A stretch of 64,000 nt of DNA from a bacterium (lineage in GTDB: Bacteria; Hinthialibacterota; Hinthialibacteria; Hinthialibacterales; Hinthialibacteraceae). The notes under the pieces are model-generated. The model was given only the letters and a program-made list of their open reading frames with translations. It was not told the origin of the DNA and did no database searches. Positions 1 through 10,912 of this stretch are shown here, piece after piece. The DNA is taken from assembly GCA_963663405.2 (NCBI GenBank), contig CAXXSM010000142.1, forward strand, positions 1-64,000, in the 5' to 3' direction. Every line of letters begins with the position of its first letter. The first letter of the stretch is position 1. The position numbers and the translations under genes were made by a program.

Positions 1-2
1 CC

Positions 3-77
3 CTCCTCAAAGGCGCCATCGAACACGTCAAAAACGCAATCAAAGAACTCGAACCGGGGAAAGGGAAGGTGAAATAG
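3..77 (+). CDS. 3' end of a gene entering from the left (LLKGAIEHVKNAIKELEPGKGKVK*), product unknown
   Basis: Open frame from the window edge to TAG at 75-77, followed by AT-rich intergenic DNA. Confidence 0.5.
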   Translation, partial: LLKGAIEHVKNAIKELEPGKGKVK

Positions 78-649
78 AAATCGGCGGTTTGATTTTCTAT
101 TTGAAAAAATCTAATTATATACTATTCTAATTATTTTATACATATATATTAACTGTTATTTTTACTTCTTGGTTATTTTTGGACCTATGTATACTATATA
201 TAAAGGTTTGTTCGCTCTTGCAGGCCATGAAAGATGTATACGAAATTGTAGATTCATCCTAATTTTACTATGCCAAGGACAAAACAAAAATTTTCATTTC
301 TCCTCTGGATGTGGAAATGTTAGCATTTTCTTATATTCATTCTTTTCAGAATCCGAGAGATCGGAGAACAACGACTTTTTGCCAGTAAAGTGATCTTTAT
401 ATATTTTGTGTCCTTCTGATGTACGCTCTCCACTCTCATTGAAAGTAATTGGTCAGCCACCTGAAGTGGAAAATCCCTCTAAATAACATATTGTATAATA
501 TCCCCCTTTACAAATCCATCTACTTTAGATTGACTACAGATGTAGTTTATAATGCGAATTTGGTTGAGGGAAAATGCCCACAGCAGTCATTCGGAAACAG
601 ATTGAAGATTTTTAAATCAATCGGTATCTGTTTCAGAAAAAGATCTTAA

Positions 650-1537
650 AAACTTAGCTCGCACTCTCATGGAAAATGGAGAAGACGGCATTCTATTTCT
701 TCTTCTCCAATGCTCCAAACGAATTCAATGCTCCAAACGAATACAAGAATTGGGGAAGGGACGTCAATCATCGATCACTCCTTCAACGCCTTCTGGCATG
801 ATTCCTCCTTATCAAAAAGCCTCTGCGCAAACGAAAAAGAAAAAAAAAGAAGGCGGGCGCTCAAAAGGGCCATCCCGGTTCCTGCCGTCCCAAACCCGAG
901 AAAATTGACCGCCAGGAAGACCATCGGCTCGACCGCTGTCCTGATTGCGGCGGGCCTCTCCAGCGATGCGAGGGAGAGCAAAGCACTCGTTCTCGAATCA
1001 TCGAGGATATTCCGGAGAATATTCAGCCCGTATAGACGGAACACATCATTCATAGAGATTGTTGTCCTGCATGCCAGACCGTAAATCGATACCGCTTTGC
1101 GAAAATCAACGATTGGCAATCGCTTGTTGTGTTTGACGGCCTTCTGGCATTATGCGCTGGGGATGACGACGGCGCAAATTCTGGACACCCTGAATTACCA
1201 TTTGCACTTTCAATTAAGCAAGGGGGGCTTGATTCAGAAATGGCATCCGTTACGAATGATAGTTGTTCACTTTCTTAACTCACCCAAATGTTCCGAGCGA
1301 TAACAATCATTCGGAACGGGAAATCCGTTCGGCCGTGTTGATGCGGAAAGTCATTTATGGGAACCGCAGCGCCGATGGCGCATTGACTCAATCCGTTTTG
1401 ATGACCGTGTTTCGGACACTCAAACGATGAGGTTATAATCCATTCCAGACGCTCGTCCCGGTTCTCAGCGATTTTATTCTAACCGAAAAATTGCTCCCTT
1501 TCCCACCTGTTATTATTTCACATGACTCCTAAGTAAC
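650..1537 (+). mobile_element. Degraded IS66-family element (transposase pseudogene, internally deleted)
   Basis: Fragments in several frames read ITPSTPSGMIPPYQK...KGHPGS, STIGNRLLCLTAFWHYALGMT...LSKGGLIQKWH and SEREIRSAVLMRKVIYGNRSADGALTQSVLMTVFRTLKR*, which are typical IS66 TnpC segments. Stops and frameshifts are present. Ends are approximate. Confidence 0.8.
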
Positions 1538-1905
1538 AAAATCTCTAATATTTTGATTTCTTTATACTTATGAATATTGTAATTTTTCTGTAATTACCCT
1601 TGGCTTTGCCGAGGGATGGGTGCTGACTTGATACGTTTTATTAATCTCTTGAGAATTAATTTTTACATAATAATATCACAACTTACTCGCTAAAACTCTG
1701 AATCACAACTTTGAAGTTCACAATCCAGTCTAGAATAAGGTATTTTTTTATAAGTGACTACATTTTATAGAAGTGGACATTAACCAGAATTTATCTATTT
1801 TTTTTAAATGATATAATAGAGTAAATTGAATGATGATGATGGGAGAATGGATTATGACTACCTCTATATAAACAGTTTCTTGCATTTTATCTCCTTTTTT
1901 CAATA

Positions 1906-4900
1906 TTGTATTCCATTATTCTTACCTTTTTAAAAATCTGGACAGATTTTGAACTTGTGGATGAGATGCTCGTTTTGTTGCTTGCGCCTGTTTTTTATGC
2001 CTCCATACAATATAACCGTTGGATGTATATTTTGTGCGCATTATTCGCTTATATTGTAAGCGTGATCTCACTCTATTTTATGGTTTCAACTTTCGAATCC
2101 TCTTTTTATACAGCCACATTGTTCGTTCTTTTCATGCTTTTTACGGGTGAGATCCTATACCGGTCAAAGCAATATCGGATTCGGTTGACCTATCAGGTTA
2201 ATGAGAAAAATCTATTCAACGAAGCCATCTTATCGAGTATCTCCGAGGCGATCCTGATTACGAACGATATGGGAGATTTTACATATGTCTGTCCGAATTT
2301 GCATTACACATTTGGATATTCCGATGAATATGTAAAAAACAAGGGTAATATTTCTTTTCTGTTTGACAATGTTTTATTTGATCGAAAATGAATTACTTGA
2401 AAAAAAAGAGATTTCAAATATCGAGTGTGAGATCATCGATCAAGAAAGCCGAAAGCATTGGTTGATCGTTACGGTCAAGCGCGTGGAAATCGGCGAAGGG
2501 ACAATTCTTTATACTTGCAGGGATATTACAGAACGTAAAAAGGCTGAAACGGCTCTAGTCGATGCTGAACGATATACCAGAAACATCCTGGACAGCATCT
2601 ATAGTAACATTGCGATTGTGAAAAAAGATGGAACGATTGAATCCGTTAATCTTGCATGGCGCAAGTTTGCTGAAGAGAATCCGCCTTTAATGCAAAACGT
2701 ATGCGAAGGCGCCAACTATTTCGCTGTTTGTAATCAAATTCCAGGTGAGGATGGCGATCGAGCGCGGATGTTTATCCAGGGCATTCAAGATGTTCTTGAC
2801 GGGCGTTTCGATACTTACAAGATAGAATATCCATGCCATTCTCCCCATAAAAAACGTTGGTTCACCGGCAGTATTTCTCCTTTTCATGGAGATCGGACGA
2901 ATCGTGTTGTCGTTGCGCATACAGATATTACAGAACGGAAATTGGCGGAGGAAGCATTGCGAGATAACGAAGAGCGTTATCGCACAATCTATAACAAAAC
3001 TCCCGTTATGTTGCATTCCATCGACCGTAAAGGACGATTGATCGGTGTAAGTGATTACTGGCTTGAAACAATGGGTTATGAGCGCAAAGAGGTAATCGGT
3101 CGAAAATCCATCGAATTTCTTTCGGAAGAAACACGTCGATACGCTGAAGAGATCACGTTACCTGCTTTCTTTAAGCAAGGTTCGATTAAGGATATCCCCT
3201 ATCAGTTTGTGAAGAAGAATGGACAAATCATTGATGTGTTGCTATCAGCCATAGCGGAATACGATAGCGAAGGGGAAATGAAACAAACACTTGCCGTCAT
3301 TAAAGATGTGACTGCGCAAAAAAGAATGGAAGATGCTCTTCGAGAAAGCGAAAAAAAGTTTCGCGATGTGGTATCGAATATTCCTGGAGCCGTTTTTCAA
3401 TTTGTCCAGGACAGCAATGGCGCAATATCCATTCCATTCATGAGTGATGGCGCCGCCGCACTTTTCCATCGGCCGGTTGAAGAACTAATGAATACATCGC
3501 TGATTTTCGGCGACGTACATCCCGATGATATCGCCGGCATGTGGGAATCGATTGAAGAATCCGCAATGGAAATGTCGCAATGGAACCATGATTTTCGAAT
3601 TCAAACGAAGACGGCTGAATTGAAATGGATACGGGGTCTTTCCACTCCCCATCCATTGCCCGGCGGAGGCAAATGTTGGAATGGCATCCTGATGGATATA
3701 ACCAAGAAAAAAAATATCGAAAGTAAATTGGTGCAAAGTGAAAAACTGCTGCGTCAAGTAATCAATACCGCGGCTTGCTGTATCTTTATAAAAAACCAGG
3801 ATGGACAATATTTGCTTGTAAACGAATATACGGCAACTCTTCATAATACGAAGCCGGAGAAGATGATAGGTGAAACCGATCGTTCGTACACTAACAGACA
3901 ATTGGCTACAGCGCCAGAAGCCGATCTATTTCTGAAAGAAGATCTGGAAGTGATTACAAAAAAAAAATCTAAATTTATTCCAGAAGAATCTTTTACGCTC
4001 CCCAGTGGTGAGATTCGTTGGTTTCAAACCCAAAAGGCGCCTATTGAACTTCATGATAATAATGAATGTGTACTAGGAGTGGCTATTGACATCACAGATC
4101 GAAAAAAACTTGAGGATAAAATTTGGGATAATAAATTGTTGTTGGATGCAACTGGAAGAATGGCGCGTGTTGGAGGATGGGAAATTGACGTAGAAACGCT
4201 CAAAATACATTGGACGGATGAGATGTACCATATACATGAAGTTCCGTTAGATTACAAACCTCAATTTCAGGAAGGGATGAATTTTATTCATCCTGAAGAC
4301 CGGCCGAAACTGATGCAGGCAATCCAACGGGCATTTGATAAAGGTGAACCATACGACATGGAACTTCGGTTCACTACCGCAAAGGGAAAACCATTGTGGA
4401 CTCATACCATTTGCCAACCCAAAATCGTGAATGATAAAACGGTTAAACTCTATGGGAGTTTTCAGGATATTACCCAACGCAAGCACGCTGAATACAAAAT
4501 CTTAGAGAGTGAAAAAAGGTTGAATGAAGCGCAGCGTATTGCAAAAATGGGAGATTTTACTTGGGGAGTAGAAACCGGTGAAATCACTTGGTCTGACGCA
4601 ATGTACGATCTCATTCAATACGATCGAACGGAAGTAATTGATTTTGCAAAAGTCGATGCCGAAATTCATCATCCAGACGATCTGGATCGAGTTACCCAAT
4701 GGCTGTATGAATGCCTTTCCTCCACCAGTGATACATTGATACCGAATGAATACCGCATTCTTCGTAAAGATGGGACAGTTCTACATGTTCGTACAATGGG
4801 GAAAATCTTCCGTAAAAAAGGGAGAGCCGTTAAAGTATTTGCAACAGTACAGGATATAACCGAACGGGTAAAACTGATACAGAAAATCGAGAAGTCACAG

Positions 4901-5569
4901 GATCAGTTGCACTCTTTAGCCGAACGCTTGATCACTATCCGGGAAGATGAACAAACTCGCATCGCACGCGAATTGCACGATCAGTTGGGGCACGCTTTAA
5001 CCGGTTTGAAAATGGATTTAAACTGGTTGAATAAAAAACTGCCTGATGCTTGTGAAAAAGATTGTTTTCCATTGTTTCAGGACCGGCTCCACGGCATGGT
5101 AAAAGTAACCGATGATACTGTCCAAGCGGTTCGTCAACTCAGTGCGGAACTTCGCCCTGGGATGTTGGACAATTTGGGATTCATCCCGACTATTGAATGG
5201 GAAATGGAGCAATTCAAAAAACGAACAGGGATTGCCTATACGATGGATGTGCTCTCACCCGTACAGTTGGATGCGCGCCGTGGAACGGTTCTCTACCGGA
5301 TTATCCAGGAAGCGCTTACCAACATAATCCGTCATGCGCAAGCCAGTCAGGTGCGTATTTTTATGGCGCAAGAAGATCAGACGCTTACCATTGAGATTAC
5401 TGATAATGGGAGGGGTATCATAAAATCAGAATCAACGGATTCTTATCCCCTAGGTTTGATGGGAATGCAGGAACGCGCAGTGATGCTTGGTGGAACGATG
5501 GTCATCTCGAGTGGGGTGGAGCAAGGAACAACTGTCCGTGTTTTGATCCCCATTCAAGAAGAATCATAA
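1906..5569 (+). CDS. Membrane-anchored multi-PAS sensor histidine kinase, HisKA_3 (NarX/UhpB type); ORFs 1906..2391 and 2363..5569 joined across a frameshift
   Basis: N-terminal TM helices, about 7 PAS/PAC repeats (DITERK), H-box EQTRIARELHDQLGHAL, N-box YRIIQEALTNIIRHA, DNGRG and LGLMGMQERA. Removing one A in atcgaaaatg (~2385) joins the frames. The true start may lie ~60 nt upstream, beyond another indel. Confidence 0.9.
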
Positions 5570-5573
5570 TAAA

Positions 5574-6221
5574 ATGGAAACAGGAATCCGTGTTCTTATT
5601 GCAGATGATCACGCCATTGTCCGGCGGGGTGTCAGAGAGATTCTGTTGGAACAGTTTCACACTCTAGAAATCGATGAGGCTCGGAATTTTGAAGAAGTGC
5701 GACATTTAGTGAACGAGAGGCAATGGAATCTGTTTATCCTAGATATCAACATGCCCGGAGGAAACATCATTGATATCTTAACACTCATTCAAACGATGCA
5801 GCCACAATCCTCTACATTGATCCTCAGTATGTGTCCTGAAGAACAATACGCCATACAAATGTTGAAAGCGGGGGTGGCTGGGTATTTGACGAAAGAAAGC
5901 GTGGCGGAAGAACTGGTAATAGCCGTTAATGAAATACAAAATGGAGGGAAATACATCAGTTCTTCACTGGCGGGAAAAATTGCGGATACTGTCATGTCCC
6001 AAAACGCTCTCCTCCTTCATGAGACATTATCCAGCCGCGAGTTTCAGGTTTTCCTCCAAATCGCTTCGGGAAAATCTCTAAAGAAAATCGCAGAAGAATT
6101 ATGCGTAAGTGATCGTACAATCAGCACTTACCGCTATCGAATACTTGAAAAAATGAAGGTGAAAACGAATTCTGAATTAATCCAATACGCCATTCGTCAC
6201 CATCTGTTTGATCCGCAATAG
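5574..6221 (+). CDS. NarL/FixJ-family response regulator (REC + LuxR HTH)
   Basis: IADDHAIVRRG, LDINMPG, LSSREFQVFLQIASGKSLKKIAEELCVSDRTISTYRYRILEKM; starts 4 nt after the kinase stop. Confidence 0.95.
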   Translation: METGIRVLIADDHAIVRRGVREILLEQFHTLEIDEARNFEEVRHLVNERQWNLFILDINMPGGNIIDILTLIQTMQPQSSTLILSMCPEEQYAIQMLKAGVAGYLTKESVAEELVIAVNEIQNGGKYISSSLAGKIADTVMSQNALLLHETLSSREFQVFLQIASGKSLKKIAEELCVSDRTISTYRYRILEKMKVKTNSELIQYAIRHHLFDPQ

Positions 6222-6240
6222 ACCTGTACTTCCCTCGTCT

Positions 6241-6258
6241 TGTAGTGATATCACTACA
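6241..6258. promoter_or_regulatory. Perfect 18-bp palindrome TGTAGTGATATCACTACA, candidate operator
   Basis: Exact dyad between the NarL-type gene and the REC/stressosome genes. The operator role is inferred. Confidence 0.5.
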
Positions 6259-6364
6259 TAGAAATTTCTTGTTTCCCTACAAAAAAATCATTTATGGAAT
6301 GACAGTTTTTTTTCCCAGATCATTTATACTGAGTTAATATTGAATCTCGACGAGGAGACAGAAA

Positions 6365-6772
6365 ATGCGTGTTATCGTTGCTGACGATTCCCGGATCTTC
6401 CGTGAAAGGATAATTGAATTGCTCTGTGAAATTCCGGGTCTTGTTATAGAAGCGGAAACAGAAGATGTTCCCAATACGATCCAAACGGTTAAACGAATGG
6501 ATCCCGATTTTTTATTGTTGGACATTCAAATGCCAGGGGGAAGTGGAATCGATGTACTCAAAGAATTGAAAAAAGCGGATAAATTGCCGCAAACCATCAT
6601 AGTAATCACGAATTACCCTTATCCCCAATACAAAGACCGCTGCCTCAAAGAAGGCGCGCATTACTTTTTGGATAAAACCAACGAATCGGATCAAGTCATC
6701 GAAATTATAAATGATCTAATCGAAGGAAATCCAGAAAAGAATGGCTCGGCTCAAAATGCCTATATCGAATGA
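6365..6772 (+). CDS. Single-domain response regulator (REC)
   Basis: VADDS, LLDIQMPGGSG, conserved T and K (FLDK); RBS GAGGAG. Confidence 0.92.
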   Translation: MRVIVADDSRIFRERIIELLCEIPGLVIEAETEDVPNTIQTVKRMDPDFLLLDIQMPGGSGIDVLKELKKADKLPQTIIVITNYPYPQYKDRCLKEGAHYFLDKTNESDQVIEIINDLIEGNPEKNGSAQNAYIE

Positions 6773-6782
6773 AATGTTGAAT

Positions 6783-6820
6783 AATAATACATTGTTACTG
6801 AAATAATATATTGTTACTGA
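6783..6820 (+). repeat. Tandem 19-bp direct repeat AATAATA(C/T)ATTGTTACTGA x2
   Basis: Copies at 6783-6801 and 6802-6820 differ at one base, ending 21 nt before the first rsbR. Confidence 0.85.
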
Positions 6821-6841
6821 TTCAAAAAAACGGTCTGGAGG

Positions 6842-7831
6842 ATGGTGATGAACGAATCGGATCAATTACGGGAAGAACTTGTCGAGCAGAAGTTTATTGA
6901 AGAAAAGGCTCGCAGGGAATACAAAATTCTGGCCGCCATCAACACGGTGTTTCGCGAAGCGATCTCCTGTGAGACGATCGAGCAATTGGCTAAAACCTGC
7001 CTGGCTGTCGCGGAAGAATTAACGAATGCCAAATTCGGATTTATCGGTGAGATCAATCCGATTGGACGTTTTGACACCATTGCGTTGAGCAATCCCGGCT
7101 GGGACGCTTGTCAAATGGAAAATTCCGAAAAAACGAAATCAATCAACAACATGGAAATCCGGGGGATTTGGGGAAAAGCGCTCAAAGACGGCTGCTCGCT
7201 GATTGTAAACGAACCTTATTCCCATCCGGATAGTGTTGGCACTCCCGAAGGCCATCCGCCATTGACATCATACATGGGAGTCCCCTTAAAACATGCGGGG
7301 AATACATTTGGAATGATTTCCTTGGGAAATAAGGATGGCGGATTTGATGAAGACGATCAAGAGGTGATTGAATCGCTCTCCATTGCGATTGTCGAATCGT
7401 TACGCGGGAAGCGGAACGAACTGCGTTTAAATCAACAATCCCAAGAAATTTTAGAAATTTCCACTCCTGTCATGCAGATTTGGGAAGGAGTTGTCGTCGC
7501 GCCGATCATTGGGGCACTCGACAGTCAGCGTACACAGCGTTTTATGGAACGCTTATTGAACTCGATTGTTGAATCAAACTCCCCCGTAGCGCTGGTCGAC
7601 ATCACCGGCGTACCCACAGTCGATACACAAACCGCCCAGCATCTGATTGAAACCATTACAGCGGCGGGGCTTCTTGGAGCTAGAGTCATACTGACGGGCG
7701 TTCAGCCCTCCATTGCGCAAACTCTTGTTCATCTGGGAATCGATCTTTCCGATGTTGATACGCGTTCGTCTTTGGTGGCGGGATTGAAAATGGCGCTTGA
7801 TTATCAGGGATATTCTGTATGTAAAAAATGA
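6842..7831 (+). CDS. rsbR: Stressosome sensor RsbR paralogue 1 (GAF + STAS)
   Basis: GAF (HPDSVGTPEGHPPLTSYMGVPL) followed by the RsbR STAS signature EISTPVMQIWEGVVVAPIIGALDSQRT...DITGVPTVDTQTAQHL...AQTLVHLGIDL. Confidence 0.92.
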   Translation: MVMNESDQLREELVEQKFIEEKARREYKILAAINTVFREAISCETIEQLAKTCLAVAEELTNAKFGFIGEINPIGRFDTIALSNPGWDACQMENSEKTKSINNMEIRGIWGKALKDGCSLIVNEPYSHPDSVGTPEGHPPLTSYMGVPLKHAGNTFGMISLGNKDGGFDEDDQEVIESLSIAIVESLRGKRNELRLNQQSQEILEISTPVMQIWEGVVVAPIIGALDSQRTQRFMERLLNSIVESNSPVALVDITGVPTVDTQTAQHLIETITAAGLLGARVILTGVQPSIAQTLVHLGIDLSDVDTRSSLVAGLKMALDYQGYSVCKK

Positions 7832-7888
7832 GAGACTGCAATTTCTATTGATGATTGAGACTGATTTGAGGACGAAAAAAAGGCTGGG

Positions 7889-9079
7889 ATGATGAACGCA
7901 GACAACAATCAAATGTATAAAACGTTATTGGAAAATCTCCCCCAAAAGATTTTTTATAAAGATGCTGATTCCATATATATATTATGCAATCAGCAGTACG
8001 CGAACGATTTAAATATCCAAGCGGATGAAATACAAGGGAAAAACGATTTTGATTTCTATCCCAAAGAATTAGCGGAGAAATACCGGCGTGACGATCGCCA
8101 AGTGATGGAATCAGGTAAAATCCATGAGTTCGACGAGAACATTGTCACTCCCACGGGACAAACGTCGATTATTCATACCGTCAAATCTCCTGTCAAAGAT
8201 TCCTCTGGAGATGTAGTCGGGATTTTGGGGATTTTTTGGGACATCACAGCGAGTAAACAGGCCGAAAAGGCTTTACGTGATCAGGCGGCGCAATTTTTAG
8301 AGATGTTCAATCATTTCCCTGAAATATTGTATGTCACTGATCCTCATACGAACGAAATATTGTTTGTCAATAACGCTTGGAAAGACATGCTAGGGAAAGA
8401 TCCTACAGGAGGGATTTGTTACAAGGAATTCCAGGGATTGGATTCCAAGTGTGATTTTTGCACAGACGACATCATTTTAAAATTCCGGAAACCATATTCC
8501 TGGGAGTATTTTAATCCTACCGTTCAACGACATTTTTGGATTACTGATCAAATCTTGAAATGGCCGGATGGCCGCGACGTGCGGTTCGAAGTCGCGGTGG
8601 ATATCACCGCTCGTAAAAAAGCGGAAGAAGAACTGCAAAAGCATAAAGAGCGGCTCGAAGAATTAGTCCACCAACAAATGGATGAGATTTTGGAACTCTC
8701 GACACCTGTGATGCGCATTTGGGATGGTATCGTTGTCGCTCCCCTTATAGGAACACTAGATAGTCAGCGAACCAAGTATTTCATGGATCGTCTTTTGAAT
8801 AGTATTGATACCACCAATGCGCAAGTCGCATTGATTGATATTACCGGTGTGCCAATGGTTGACACACAAACGGCGCAAAACCTTATTGATACGATTGCCG
8901 CCGCCCGGTTACTGGGCGCCCGTGTCGTCTTGACCGGTGTGCAACCGGCCATCGCGCAGGCGTTAATCCACTTGGGAATTGACCTGTCTACAATCAATAC
9001 ATATGCGTCGCTAGCGATGGGATTAAAAATGGCGATTGAATTTCTTAACGGCAATGACCAATACAAAGAAGAATCATGA
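7889..9079 (+). CDS. rsbR: Stressosome sensor RsbR paralogue 2 (PAS-PAS + STAS)
   Basis: Two PAS/PAC domains, then ELSTPVMRIWDGIVVAPLIGTLDSQRT...DITGVPMVDTQTAQNL. Confidence 0.92.
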   Translation: MMNADNNQMYKTLLENLPQKIFYKDADSIYILCNQQYANDLNIQADEIQGKNDFDFYPKELAEKYRRDDRQVMESGKIHEFDENIVTPTGQTSIIHTVKSPVKDSSGDVVGILGIFWDITASKQAEKALRDQAAQFLEMFNHFPEILYVTDPHTNEILFVNNAWKDMLGKDPTGGICYKEFQGLDSKCDFCTDDIILKFRKPYSWEYFNPTVQRHFWITDQILKWPDGRDVRFEVAVDITARKKAEEELQKHKERLEELVHQQMDEILELSTPVMRIWDGIVVAPLIGTLDSQRTKYFMDRLLNSIDTTNAQVALIDITGVPMVDTQTAQNLIDTIAAARLLGARVVLTGVQPAIAQALIHLGIDLSTINTYASLAMGLKMAIEFLNGNDQYKEES

Positions 9080-9091
9080 TGGAGGTTATTC

Positions 9092-9466
9092 ATGTCCGCA
9101 GACTCTATTTCTGTTATTCGAGTTCATGATGTGCTATTAATCACGGTTCCTCCGGATCCAGATGATGAGACCATTGCAGTGTTACAGGAAAAGGTATTGC
9201 TGGCCATGCAGCGATTTGAAGCTAAGGGGCTGGTTTTAGATATTTCGACTGTTGAGACGGTCGATTCGTATTTTGCCCGTACGATCGCCGAGACATCATC
9301 GATGGTCGCCTTGATGGGGGGCAATACAGTCATCGCGGGAATGCAAGCGAGTGTGGCGATTACGGTCACCCAACTAGGACTCACGCTGGGGAATACCCGT
9401 ACGGCGCTGGATGTTGATCGGGCCTTGGGCATGCTGCAAACCGCAGGATTAAGGAGAATTCAATGA
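9092..9466 (+). CDS. rsbS: Stressosome antagonist RsbS (single STAS)
   Basis: 124 aa; LDISTVETVDSYFAR retains the phospho-Ser motif; GMQASVAITVTQLGL; located between rsbR and rsbT. Confidence 0.92.
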   Translation: MSADSISVIRVHDVLLITVPPDPDDETIAVLQEKVLLAMQRFEAKGLVLDISTVETVDSYFARTIAETSSMVALMGGNTVIAGMQASVAITVTQLGLTLGNTRTALDVDRALGMLQTAGLRRIQ

Positions 9467-9879
9467 CGGATTGTCATGACGGCCAAATCAATATCAATGG
9501 TGAGTCAGATATCGTCAGTGTTCGGAAGACAACGCGTGAAGCCGCGCGTTCGATTGGTTTTGGGGTGACGGATGTGACCCGTATCGTGACAGCGGTTTCG
9601 GAACTTGCCCGTAATGTATGCCTCTATGCTGGAACAGGGGTAATGCGATGGCGTGGATTATTATCCCATTCAAAACCGGCGGGCATTGAAATCACATTTG
9701 AAGATCATGGACCGGGAATCCCGGATGTTGATCAAGCTATGCGGCAAGGTTTTACGACCAGCGGCGGTCTGGGTATGGGATTGCCCGGCGCGGAACGATT
9801 AATGGGAGAGATGGAAATTCAAACGGAACAAGGTAAAGGAACAACTATTACTGTCCGGAAATGGTTAAGGGCGATTTGA
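9463..9879 (+). CDS. rsbT: Ser/Thr switch kinase RsbT
   Basis: TAVSELARNVCLYAGTG, DHGPGIPDV, GFTTSGGLGMGLPGAERLM; ATGA overlap with rsbS. Confidence 0.93.
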   Translation: MTDCHDGQININGESDIVSVRKTTREAARSIGFGVTDVTRIVTAVSELARNVCLYAGTGVMRWRGLLSHSKPAGIEITFEDHGPGIPDVDQAMRQGFTTSGGLGMGLPGAERLMGEMEIQTEQGKGTTITVRKWLRAI

Positions 9880-10910
9880 TGTTACCTGTTCTTGAACAGA
9901 CAATTGCGATTGAGCATTCGAGCGATGTCTCTGCTGCGAGAAGAATAATCACAGAATCCGCCATGAAAATAGGTTTCGATGGCAAAGCAAGAAATGAAAT
10001 CTCTATTGTGGTAACTGAACTTGCGACCAATATTCTAACGTATGCAGGAAAGGGCATGCTGCATTTTGGTTCTTTTTCAAAAGATCAGCGGGAAGGGATT
10101 CAAATTGAAGCGATCGATTCGGGGCCCGGATTTGCCGATATTGATCGTGCGATGGAAGATGGGTATTCGACATCAAACAGTCTGGGTTATGGTTTGGGAA
10201 CCGTCAATCGCTTGATGGACGAAGTGGAAATCGATCGTGAAACAAAAGGGGAGTATGGCGCTCATGTTGTTGCGCGTAAGTGGATCCAAAGACATACGAG
10301 TGTATGGAGTCGATGTCCCTACGATATTGGAATTGCGACTCGCCCGCATCCGGGAATGAAATTGAATGGAGATTTCTACGTGGTTAAACCACACGGTTCA
10401 TCGATTTTAACCGCTGTGATTGACGGATTGGGACACGGCCAATTTGCCCATCGCGCCGCGCAAAAAGCCGCGCAGTATATTGACACCCATCCCTGTGAAA
10501 CGTTTGAAAACCTATTTCAAGGAACATTCCGTTCCTGTCGTGGAACCCGTGGAGTGGTGATGGCTTTATTGCGTCTCGATTGGGAACACAATAGCGCCAC
10601 ATTTAGTAGTATTGGAAACATCGAAGTTAAAACTTGGAATGGAAAAAATACAGTCCAATTTCCGATCCGTCGTGGTATAATCGGTGTCAACGCGCCAAAA
10701 CCGATCGTCTCCCGTGTGGCATGGGATCTGGATTTCATCACCGTACTCTTTACAGACGGATTGACAAGCCATTGGACCTGGAACGAGATTTCGAATTTAG
10801 TGTCGGGAACCTCAAGTCATATGGCTCGTGAAATGCTTCGGATCTATGGAAAAGACAATGATGACGCCACCGTGATGGTGATTAAAAAGCGTATAGAGCA
10901 AGGATCATAA
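9879..10910 (+). CDS. rsbX: RsbT-like ATPase domain fused to an RsbX-like PP2C/SpoIIE phosphatase
   Basis: N-half VTELATNI...DSGPGF...GYSTSNSLGYGLG; C-half NGDF, IDGLGHG, LFTDGL, DDATV. TGATG coupling to rsbT. Confidence 0.88.
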   Translation: MLPVLEQTIAIEHSSDVSAARRIITESAMKIGFDGKARNEISIVVTELATNILTYAGKGMLHFGSFSKDQREGIQIEAIDSGPGFADIDRAMEDGYSTSNSLGYGLGTVNRLMDEVEIDRETKGEYGAHVVARKWIQRHTSVWSRCPYDIGIATRPHPGMKLNGDFYVVKPHGSSILTAVIDGLGHGQFAHRAAQKAAQYIDTHPCETFENLFQGTFRSCRGTRGVVMALLRLDWEHNSATFSSIGNIEVKTWNGKNTVQFPIRRGIIGVNAPKPIVSRVAWDLDFITVLFTDGLTSHWTWNEISNLVSGTSSHMAREMLRIYGKDNDDATVMVIKKRIEQGS

Positions 10911-10912
10911 TT

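Noticed and set aside
708-743. 18-bp tandem duplication CAATGCTCCAAACGAAT(T/A)
   Set aside because: Only two copies, inside a decayed IS66; a slippage scar, not an array.
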